NCBI GenBank assembly: GCA_963704755.1
Contig: OY969938.1
Span: 2,790,001-2,822,000, forward strand
Direction of reading: 5' to 3'
Length of the DNA: 32,000 bases
From: an uncultured Chloroflexia bacterium
Lineage (GTDB): Bacteria > Chloroflexota > Anaerolineae > Anaerolineales > Anaerolineaceae
In this document: positions 1 through 6,823 of the stretch, piece after piece
Layout of the letters: the number at the start of each line of letters is the position of its first letter
How positions within the stretch are numbered: the first letter of the stretch is position 1
Position numbers and translations under genes: made by a program
Notes under the pieces: model-generated
Databases searched by the model: none
Told to the model about the DNA's origin: nothing
Seen by the model: the letters and a program-made list of their open reading frames with translations, nothing else

Positions 1-290
1 TCGATCTTTGGCCGTTCCTCGATGAATTCGACGCCTTTGCCGTCGGCGCTTGGGCGCAAGACCAGGGCTGATTTTTCGACAGGTTCCTGTCCGGGTTCGG
101 GCAGGTCATCTGGCAGTTCTGATTCGCGCATGGCCACGACTTCGACGCCTTTTTTGCGCCGCATCCCAAATTTACCGCCGCCCAGGGTGACCTCGCGCGC
201 AGAAACGACGATTGCATCTGGTCCCAGTTCCTTCTGGATCAAGTGCAAAGCGTCGATCATGGTTTCAGCCTGATAGGTTTTGGTCAACAT
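1..290 (-). CDS. flhF: Flagellar biosynthesis GTPase FlhF, N-terminal part only (ORF runs off the left edge)
   Basis: Absent from the ORF track because it is open at the window edge. Hand translation of the minus strand from ATG 290-288 gives MLTKTYQAETMIDALHLIQKELGPDAIVVSAREVTLGGGKFGMRRKKGVEVVAMRE..., the usual FlhF N-terminal pattern. A GAGGAA ribosome-binding site lies just upstream, and the gene sits directly downstream of flhA as in most fla operons. Confidence 0.7.
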   Translation of the reverse strand, partial: MLTKTYQAETMIDALHLIQKELGPDAIVVSAREVTLGGGKFGMRRKKGVEVVAMRESELPDDLPEPGQEPVEKSALVLRPSADGKGVEFIEERPKI

Positions 291-355
291 AATTTCCTCG
301 TTACTGCACAACCAATCGGGTACTTCCTGCGTAAGCCTGACTGGTTGCATTTCCT

Positions 356-2449
356 CTAGCTAATTTCAACAATGCCGTGGGCTTTTACTTTGGTGCCAGG
401 GCTGACCTCTGAATAGGCCATTACCGCCAGGTTTGGCAAGGATTGTTCGACCAGGCGGCGGAAGGCCATACGCAGTTCGCGCGGGCAGATAATCAGGGGC
501 AAATGCCCTTTTCCGGCCAGGGCTTCCATCTGGTCGCCGGTTTTCCGGATAATTTTTTGGGCAGTCAGGGCGTCGATCTGGAAAGCCGGGCCGCCTTCGG
601 CGGCGACCAATGAACCGCGCAGGTTGGCTTCGATCTGCGGGGCGAGGGTGAAGACGTGCAGGGTGTTGGTCTCGTCGCGGTATTGGGCTGAAATGGTATT
701 GGCCATCGTCTGGCGGACTGCTTCGGCCAGGATGTTGGGATCGCGGGTGACGCCGGCGTGGTTGGCCAGCACTTCCAGAATGCCGCTCAAATCGCGGATG
801 GGTACCCGCTCGCGCAGTAGCCGGCGCAGGACGCCTTGCAGCTCGCCCAGGCTGAGCATTTCGGGAATGACCCCATCCACCGAAGCCGGTGACTTCTTGC
901 GAAGCTGGTTGATCATTTCCTGCACCAGTTGGCGGCTCAACAAATCGGGGGCATAATTGCGCACTGTTTCGGTCAGGTGGGTGCACAGCATGGAGAGCGG
1001 GTTGACGACCGTGTACCCGCGCAGTTCTGCCTGGCCCTGTTCGGCTTCGGTGATCCACAGGGCCGGCAGCCCAAAAGCCGGCTCGCGCGTCTCGATGCCT
1101 TTGATCGGCTCTTCCACATCCGAGCCGGGAATGGCCAGTAAGCGGTCGAGGATAATTTCGCTGGTGGCAACTTCCTGGCCGCGGATCTTGATGCGGTAAG
1201 CCTGGGGTGAAAGGCGCAGGTTGTCGCGGATCCGCACAACCGGCAGTACCAGGCCGAGCTCGGCCATCAACTGCCGGCGAATTCCGGTGATGCGGCGTAA
1301 GAGGTTATCCTGTGCGTTTTCTTCGATCATCGGGATCAGGCTGTAGCCGATTTCCAGTTCGATGGGATCCACCACTACCATTTGCAGCATCTGTTCGGGT
1401 GTTTCCGGCTCGGTCGGCAGAACTTTGGTTTCCGGCTCGGCCTGGGCGGCTATTTCACGGGTTTTCATCCGGTCCACAAAATAGGCGGCCACCCCAAAGC
1501 CAACACTGATCAAGGCGAAGGGCAGTTTGGGCATGCCGGGGATAACCATCATCAAGGCCACGATGATGGCCCCAATCGCCAGCATGTTGAAATTGGAGAT
1601 TTGGCCGAACAGGTCGTTCCCCAGGGATTCTTCGGAAGTCGAGCGGGTCACGATCAGGCCGGCGGCGGCTGAAACGAGCAGTGAGGGGATTTGAATGGCC
1701 AACCCGGCGCCGATGGTCAGCAAGACGTAGGTCTGCAAGGCGGTGGACATGTCCATGCCGCGCTGTAAGATGCCGATCACAAAACCGCCGACGATGTTGA
1801 CCACCATGATGATGATGGCCGCAATCGAATCGCCTTTGACAAACTTGCTGGCGCCATCCATAGCCCCATAAAAATCGGCTTCGGTTTCGACGGCCTTGCG
1901 GCGGGCGCGAGCCTGGTTCTCATCGATCAAGCCGGCGTTCATATCGGCGTCGATGGCCAACTGTTTACCGGGCATGGCGTCCAGGGTAAAGCGGGCGGCG
2001 ACTTCGGCCACACGGCCGGCGCCGCTGTTGATAACCACGAACTGGATGATCATCAGGATCAGGAAGATGACCACACCGACCACGTAATTCCCGCCCAGGA
2101 TCAGGTTACCGAACGTTTCCACAATTTTTCCGGCTGAACCGTTTAGCAAGATCTGCCGGCTGATCGAAATGTTGATGCCCATCCGCAGCAGGGTGATCAG
2201 CAGCAGAACGGTGGGGAAGGAGGAGAACTCCATCGGCGAATGGATGTACATGGTCAGCAGCAAGACCCCAATCGAAATCGCCATGCTGGCGGCGATCAGC
2301 AGGTCAACCAGCGTAGAAGATAAGGGGATGAGCATCAGGACGATGATTAACATCACCGCCATTGCCATAACCATATCTTTCGAGCGCAATACGCTTTGGA
2401 GTGGACCTAGAACGGATCGTGAATTAGATGGAGTGGTGGTCGTTGCCAT
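356..2449 (-). CDS. flhA: Flagellar type III export gate protein FlhA
   Basis: 697-aa ORF with FlhA hallmarks: FPTVLLLITLLRMGINISISRQILL, RFTLDAMPGKQLAIDADMNAGLI, a polytopic N-terminal half and a soluble C-terminal half. Located between flhB and flhF. Confidence 0.97.
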   Translation of the reverse strand: MATTTTPSNSRSVLGPLQSVLRSKDMVMAMAVMLIIVLMLIPLSSTLVDLLIAASMAISIGVLLLTMYIHSPMEFSSFPTVLLLITLLRMGINISISRQILLNGSAGKIVETFGNLILGGNYVVGVVIFLILMIIQFVVINSGAGRVAEVAARFTLDAMPGKQLAIDADMNAGLIDENQARARRKAVETEADFYGAMDGASKFVKGDSIAAIIIMVVNIVGGFVIGILQRGMDMSTALQTYVLLTIGAGLAIQIPSLLVSAAAGLIVTRSTSEESLGNDLFGQISNFNMLAIGAIIVALMMVIPGMPKLPFALISVGFGVAAYFVDRMKTREIAAQAEPETKVLPTEPETPEQMLQMVVVDPIELEIGYSLIPMIEENAQDNLLRRITGIRRQLMAELGLVLPVVRIRDNLRLSPQAYRIKIRGQEVATSEIILDRLLAIPGSDVEEPIKGIETREPAFGLPALWITEAEQGQAELRGYTVVNPLSMLCTHLTETVRNYAPDLLSRQLVQEMINQLRKKSPASVDGVIPEMLSLGELQGVLRRLLRERVPIRDLSGILEVLANHAGVTRDPNILAEAVRQTMANTISAQYRDETNTLHVFTLAPQIEANLRGSLVAAEGGPAFQIDALTAQKIIRKTGDQMEALAGKGHLPLIICPRELRMAFRRLVEQSLPNLAVMAYSEVSPGTKVKAHGIVEIS

Positions 2450-2463
2450 GAGATGGATTTACC

Positions 2464-3537
2464 TTAGCTTTCGGCGGGTTTACGATTGGTGGCGTACCTG
2501 CCCCGCAGCCGGTACACATATGCCAGCACTTCGGCCATCGCCATATACAGGTCGGGAGAAATTTGCTGGTCGATGTCGATGGATTTGTAAATTGCCCGCG
2601 CCAGGGGAATATTCTGGACGATGGGAATACTGTGTTCCTTGGCGATCGCGACGATTCTTTCGGCCACCCGCATAGCGCCTTTGGCCAGTACCTTGGGAGC
2701 GCCCATACCGTCGTGGTATTCGAGGGCGATCGCCAGGTGGGTTGGGTTGGTGACGATCACGGTTGCCTTGGGAACGTTGGCCATCATGCGGCTGCGGGCG
2801 AGCCGGCGCATCTCTCCGCGGATGCGGTTCTTGAGGAAGGGGTCGCCCTCGGACCGTTTCATTTCTTCCTTGACTTCTTCTTTGGACATGCGCAGATTGC
2901 GCATCAAATCCCAGCGTTGGTAGGCGTAATCGGCGACGGCGATGATCAGGTAGGCCTCGCCGACGTTTAGCATCAGCGAAACGGCCAGGTTGGCGAACTG
3001 CCCGGCCGAGCCCAGAAACGACATCTGGCTGAGATCAATAATTGTCGGGATGTTTTTCTTTACAAAGGAATAAGCGATCCAGCCAATGACGAGCAGTTTG
3101 AGCAGAGCTTTGACCAGTTCGATCAACCCGCGGGTTGAAAAGATGCGCTTCAACCCGTTGAGCGGGTTCACCCGCTTGAAATCGAAACCGATCCGTTTGT
3201 TGGCCCACAAGAAGCGGGTCTGCGCCAGGGTCGCGGTAACCCCGATCAGCAGCATGCCCACCATGAAAATTCCCAACGGCGGCAGGAACTGCATCACAAT
3301 CGAATATATGGTCTGCTTGAGCCACGCCTGGGTAATCTCGACCTGGGGCAGGCTGGTGAATAGCTGGGCGATGACCGATTGCGTGACCTGGTAAAGCTGT
3401 TTCCCCGGCCCGCGCAGCAGGAAGGCGCCGGCCAACAAGATCAGGGCGCTGTTCAGTTCCTGGCTGCGGACGACCTGGCCCTCTTTGCGGGCATCTTCCA
3501 GTCGTCGTTGAGATGGGGCTTCGGTTTTATCGGCCAT
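2464..3537 (-). CDS. flhB: Flagellar export switch protein FlhB
   Basis: 357-aa ORF with N-terminus ADKTEAPSQRRLEDARKEGQVVRSQEL and the NPTH autocleavage motif (VIVTNPTHLAIALEY). Starts 6 nt after the fliR stop. Confidence 0.97.
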   Translation of the reverse strand: MADKTEAPSQRRLEDARKEGQVVRSQELNSALILLAGAFLLRGPGKQLYQVTQSVIAQLFTSLPQVEITQAWLKQTIYSIVMQFLPPLGIFMVGMLLIGVTATLAQTRFLWANKRIGFDFKRVNPLNGLKRIFSTRGLIELVKALLKLLVIGWIAYSFVKKNIPTIIDLSQMSFLGSAGQFANLAVSLMLNVGEAYLIIAVADYAYQRWDLMRNLRMSKEEVKEEMKRSEGDPFLKNRIRGEMRRLARSRMMANVPKATVIVTNPTHLAIALEYHDGMGAPKVLAKGAMRVAERIVAIAKEHSIPIVQNIPLARAIYKSIDIDQQISPDLYMAMAEVLAYVYRLRGRYATNRKPAES

Positions 3538-3543
3538 CAGAAA

Positions 3544-4305
3544 TCAGTCCCCTAGTAAATGGATCATGCGCGGCCCGATCGATTGGAACATATTGTTCAT
3601 GACCGGCATGGCACTCATCAACATCAAACCCAGGGCAAACAGCGAAACTCCCACTTTGAGTGGTAGACCCAAAAAGAACACCTGCACCTGGGGGGCTACC
3701 CGGGCCAACAGGCCCAGCGATAGATCGGTCAAGAAAAGGGCGGCCATGACGGGCAGGGCCAACTGGATGCCGGCGGTGATCAATTCGGCGAAATACTGCA
3801 TCAGGGTGTTAATCGAATTGAGCGGGATATCGCCGCCAACCGGGATCAATTGAAAGGTGCGCGCCAGGGCGGCTATAAAGAGTTGGTGCCCGTTGATCAC
3901 CAGGAAGTACATCATGGCTACCATGACGAAGAGCTGGTTGAAAGACGAAGAGCTTTCATTGAACGTGGGGTTGAAGATCCTTCCCGAGCCAAAACCGCTG
4001 CCCACTCCCATGGCCTCACCGGCTAATTGCATGGCGCCAAAGACCATTTCCGCAGAGAACCCGGCCAGAGTGCCAATGATGAGTTCTTTGGCGATGGCGA
4101 CCGCAAATCCGAACAGGCCCATACTGGCTGCATCGGCTGCCACAGGCTGCCAGGGGATGAGCACCACGGCCAACACAATGCCGAGGGCGATGCGCACCTG
4201 GTTGGGTATAGTTTGTCCACCCAGCACCGGCACGTGAATGATCGTGGCCATAATGCGGGTGAACGCCAAAAAGAATAACTGCGCCTGTGCAACAGATATA
4301 ATCAC
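3544..4305 (-). CDS. fliR: Flagellar export apparatus protein FliR
   Basis: Polytopic membrane ORF immediately upstream of flhB. The maximal ORF starts at TTG 4374, but GTG 4305 is preceded by GGAG 9 nt upstream and gives a typical 253-aa FliR (VIISVAQAQLFFLAFTRIMATIIHVPVLGG...). The start is therefore uncertain between 4305 and 4374. Confidence 0.88.
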   Translation of the reverse strand: MIISVAQAQLFFLAFTRIMATIIHVPVLGGQTIPNQVRIALGIVLAVVLIPWQPVAADAASMGLFGFAVAIAKELIIGTLAGFSAEMVFGAMQLAGEAMGVGSGFGSGRIFNPTFNESSSSFNQLFVMVAMMYFLVINGHQLFIAALARTFQLIPVGGDIPLNSINTLMQYFAELITAGIQLALPVMAALFLTDLSLGLLARVAPQVQVFFLGLPLKVGVSLFALGLMLMSAMPVMNNMFQSIGPRMIHLLGD

Positions 4306-4493
4306 AGCTGGTTTCTCCGCTAAACGAGCTAGGATGAGGATACGATATCCACGCTTAACTTTCCGTAAAGGCAAAGTGAAGTGAGTCTAAAGATGGCGTA
4401 AAAAAAGTGGCCCGAATGGCAGGCGTTGGCACGTGCTTTGCACCTGTTAACGCCGCATCTTCGGACCCTCCGGATGTGTGTAAAAAAGTGGGG

Positions 4494-5348
4494 TTATCCT
4501 GGGTTGTTCAACCGGCACAGACCCTCGTACAGAGAATTGATCTCGCGGATCAGCTCGGTCTGGCGGCGTGAAATATACTGGGTCAGCACCAGACGGGCGC
4601 TCTCGTTGAAAAACAAATTGATCCCCACCCGGATACCGATGGCCAGAGGTTCGGGGCGGATCTTGACAATCTTCCCGCGCACATTGACCTTGCCATCTGG
4701 CCGGTGAGGAATAGACGATTTCAAGTGTGAACTGGGACCCAGGCTGCCGGTGGTCACGCCGCGGATTTGTTCGCGGCTGAAGCGATCGGACAGCACCGAC
4801 GGGGGCGGCAGCGGTTGGGTCACGCGCTCTCGCGGGACGGGCTGCTCCGGAAGGGTGAAGGTAACATCCAGCTCGACCCCCGGCTGAAACACGTGGGGGT
4901 GGAACAGGCGCCGGTCCAGCATGATTCCCAGCCCCTCGGTGGACAGGTCCATCAGAACGGCCGGCACCGATGCGGTGGTCTTGCGCACCTGGATCTGGGC
5001 CGGGAGCGGGTTTTCCGGCTCGACCCGTACCTGCGATCGCCGGCCAATGGTAGATTGGGCCGGGCGGAAATCGGCCAGCACGGCTTTTTGGCTGGCAGCG
5101 TTCAGCTTGACCACTTCAGCGCGGATGATGTCCGGGAGCGCCTCGTGGAAGATGTATGTTTCGCGTGAAATGTACAGGCAAGAGATCTGGTAACGAGGTG
5201 CAGAAATAGAGATGCTCTGCCGGCCTACTTCTTCGATGACCGCATCATTGCTGATCGGCATTCCTTTGTAGGAATTGATCAGTTTAATCGGCGCATGCGT
5301 GCGGGCCAATTGCCAGAAAATATCGCTGAGGTCAGGTTCCGTTGGCAA
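4494..5348 (-). CDS. YcgR-like c-di-GMP receptor (N-terminal YcgR/PilZN-like region + PilZ domain with a long insertion)
   Basis: Carries the PilZ signature RxxxR (RRSQVR, aa 103-108) followed by DxSxxG (DLSTEG, aa 134-139). The C-terminal PilZ strands (VNVRGKIVKIRPE...IGIRVGINLF) are separated from the first half by a Pro/Ser-rich insert of about 50 aa (aa 167-220). TTG start with GGAAGAG upstream. Same strand as fliR and just upstream of it. Confidence 0.8.
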   Translation of the reverse strand: MPTEPDLSDIFWQLARTHAPIKLINSYKGMPISNDAVIEEVGRQSISISAPRYQISCLYISRETYIFHEALPDIIRAEVVKLNAASQKAVLADFRPAQSTIGRRSQVRVEPENPLPAQIQVRKTTASVPAVLMDLSTEGLGIMLDRRLFHPHVFQPGVELDVTFTLPEQPVPRERVTQPLPPPSVLSDRFSREQIRGVTTGSLGPSSHLKSSIPHRPDGKVNVRGKIVKIRPEPLAIGIRVGINLFFNESARLVLTQYISRRQTELIREINSLYEGLCRLNNPG

Positions 5349-5412
5349 AGTTTCTCTTCCAGATCAGAAAATGTGGAACAAATATCACTAAACAACCTCA
5401 ACTTCTCCGGAA

Positions 5413-6054
5413 TTACCCCCACAACGCCGGAGTGTTCAGGGTCCGTTGGGTCGGGTCAATCGTCTGGTCGTTGTAGCGAATTTCGTAATGGACATGCGGC
5501 CCGGTCGAGTTACCGGTGCTTCCAGAGATACCAATGACACTGCCGGCCTGGACTTCCTGCCCGACCTGCACCGGTACGCTGGAAAGATGGCCATAATAGG
5601 TTTCGTATGGGCCATTCTGCACGATGACCAGGTTGCCGTAACCTTGATCGTTCCAGCCGGCATAGACGACCTTGCCGTTCATCGTCGATTTGACGTCCGT
5701 ACCGGTCGGCACACCCAGGTCCAAACCATAATGGCCGTCGTGATAGCCCTGGGTCAGCACACCGTTGACCGGTGCGCCGCTGGGCTCATCCAGGTCGCTG
5801 GCGTTGGCTGTGGTTTGGTTGCTGGTCTGGCTGACCGAACTGGCCTGGTTGACCGTATTGGTCTGGCCGGTCGATTGACCGGTGCTGTCTTGCTGGACCT
5901 GGCTGGCCAGGAGCTGCTCGAACAGCATCAACATCAGCGGCGCCATAAGGTCGCTGCCCATCCCGCTCGATCCGCTCCCGCTGCTGCTACTGCTGCTGGA
6001 GAGCAGCCCGTTGGTGCTGCTGGAACTGTCGGAAAGCAGCATCGACATAAACAA
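5413..6054 (-). CDS. M23 (LytM) metallopeptidase with an FlgJ-like rod-binding N-terminal motif; the true 5' end probably lies upstream (see findings)
   Basis: M23 motifs HYGLDLG (HxxxD), GYGNLVIV, YGHLSS and GSTGNSTGPHVHYEIR (HxH). The N-terminal region is Ser-rich. The in-frame sequence upstream of the TTG 6054 start continues as ...STAEAFEQL-FMSMLLS, which resembles the FlgJ rod-binding motif, so the TTG start cuts the motif. Confidence 0.8.
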   Translation of the reverse strand: MFMSMLLSDSSSSTNGLLSSSSSSSGSGSSGMGSDLMAPLMLMLFEQLLASQVQQDSTGQSTGQTNTVNQASSVSQTSNQTTANASDLDEPSGAPVNGVLTQGYHDGHYGLDLGVPTGTDVKSTMNGKVVYAGWNDQGYGNLVIVQNGPYETYYGHLSSVPVQVGQEVQAGSVIGISGSTGNSTGPHVHYEIRYNDQTIDPTQRTLNTPALWG

Positions 6055-6304
6055 CTGCTCGAAGGCTTCCGCGGTGCTGGAATTCGAGGCAGCCTGGCTG
6101 GAAGTAGAATTCGGCAGATTTTGCCACCGTTGAGGTAACAGAATTGATCGTCCCGCTCATAGTGCATACAGTATAAAAACACAGAACGAAAAAACACATA
6201 AGGTTTTCGTAAAATTAAAGATAAAACCTGATCGTTTTTGGCAAAATTGGTGGACAATAGGTGAAAGTCTGGGACAAGATATGTCCGTTATAGACTCTCT
6301 TTTT

Positions 6305-6335
6305 GTAACTACTCAGTGCTATGGAGGGATGGGTG
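6305..6335. repeat. Inverted copy of a 31-34 nt repeat unit (reverse complement CACCCATCCC...TGAGTAGTTAC)
   Basis: The reverse complement of 6305-6335 shares both ends (CACCCATCCC and TGAGTAGTTAC) with the units at 6381-6414 and 6570-6603. Confidence 0.8.
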
Positions 6336-6390
6336 TTTTTTATTGATGTTGTGTGCGAAGCACACAACATCAATAAAAAACACCCATCCC
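6326..6390. repeat. Perfect hairpin/palindrome: 31-bp stem with a GAA loop and a GCGAAGC apex
   Basis: 6326-6356 (GGGATGGGTGTTTTTTATTGATGTTGTGTGC) is the exact reverse complement of 6360-6390. The loop is 6357-6359. Checked base by base. Confidence 0.95.
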
Positions 6391-6403
6391 TTCTGAACCT
6401 GCC

Positions 6404-6445
6404 TGAGCAGTTACCTCTTTTTTATATATTAAGAGTAACTGCTCA
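6404..6445. repeat. Hairpin: 15-bp stem with one bulge and an 11-nt AT loop
   Basis: TGAGCAGTTAC(C)TCTT at 6404-6419 pairs with AAGAGTAACTGCTCA at 6431-6445. The left arm is the 3' end of the 6381-6414 repeat unit. Confidence 0.85.
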
Positions 6446-6462
6446 ACCCGACTGGAAGAGCT

Positions 6463-6514
6463 CCGAATTTGAGGGGTTTGCCGGGGCGAAGCCCGGCAAA
6501 CCCCTCAAATTCGG
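6463..6514. repeat. Palindromic repeat, 'TTTGAGG...CCTCAAA' family, full copy: 23-bp perfect stem with a GCGAAG loop
   Basis: 6463-6485 (CCGAATTTGAGGGGTTTGCCGGG) is the exact reverse complement of 6492-6514. Followed by GAACTTTTTAGCAGGA, a flank also present after the 31351-31403 copy. Confidence 0.95.
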
Positions 6515-6569
6515 GAACTTTTTAGCAGGAGCCCGAGTGGTTATGAGATTTTTCTTTTACAATAATTAA

Positions 6570-6603
6570 CACCCATACCTTCTAAGCCTGGCTGAGTAGT
6601 TAC
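6570..6603. repeat. Solo direct copy of the 34-nt repeat unit
   Basis: CACCCATACCTTCTAAGCCTGGCTGAGTAGTTAC matches 6381-6414 (CACCCATCCCTTCTGAACCTGCCTGAGCAGTTAC) at 29 of 34 positions. Confidence 0.85.
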
Positions 6604-6823
6604 TATTAAGAGTTTAATCCAGTCTTTACGGGATATTCAGAGTACTTTTACAGGCTCTAAAGGCGATCCTGGCTATATTGGTAGCAGTAAATTTATCGTA
6701 AGGTTCACTCTATTTATGTGCGGGTAATCCTTATTGTGACGGGTATTTCTCGCCATAATAAAATGCGTACTTCTTGCATTAGCCTGAGTTGGCGCAAAAA
6801 TCCGCATAAATTCGAGAAGGGAA

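Noticed and set aside
22-273. 83-aa plus-strand ORF at the left edge
   Set aside because: It lies antisense to a much better reading frame, the flhF N-terminus on the minus strand. It has a Ser/Arg/Pro-rich composition typical of shadow ORFs in GC-rich DNA.
366-1058. 230-aa minus-strand ORF, plus several 60-110 aa ORFs, inside flhA
   Set aside because: These are alternative frames of the clearly recognisable flhA gene. The translations are Arg/Pro/Gly-rich low-complexity sequence with no motifs.
4398-4491. Duplicated motif GTAAAAAA(A)GTGG (4398-4410 and 4480-4491; CCACTTTTTT(T)AC on the coding strand) in the 188-bp gap between the PilZ gene and fliR
   Set aside because: The T-runs are not preceded by convincing stems, so they are not clear terminators, and no good -35/-10 pair could be derived. 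With only two 12-nt copies, chance or a simple A-tract cannot be excluded.
6321-6569. 82-aa ORF in the 6.3-6.6 kb intergenic region, and the 70-aa ORF at 16120-16332
   Set aside because: Both are read straight through the perfect palindromes, so the peptide is dictated by hairpin arms (for example VVCEAHNI, FAGAKPGKP). They have no ribosome-binding site and no protein-like features. The shared peptide LKFGNF with the 9312-9725 ORF simply reflects the DNA repeat.
6305-6603. Possibility that the repeated hairpins form a CRISPR array
   Set aside because: The repeats differ in sequence and length, are self-complementary over their entire length, lack regular repeat-spacer periodicity and have no cas genes nearby.
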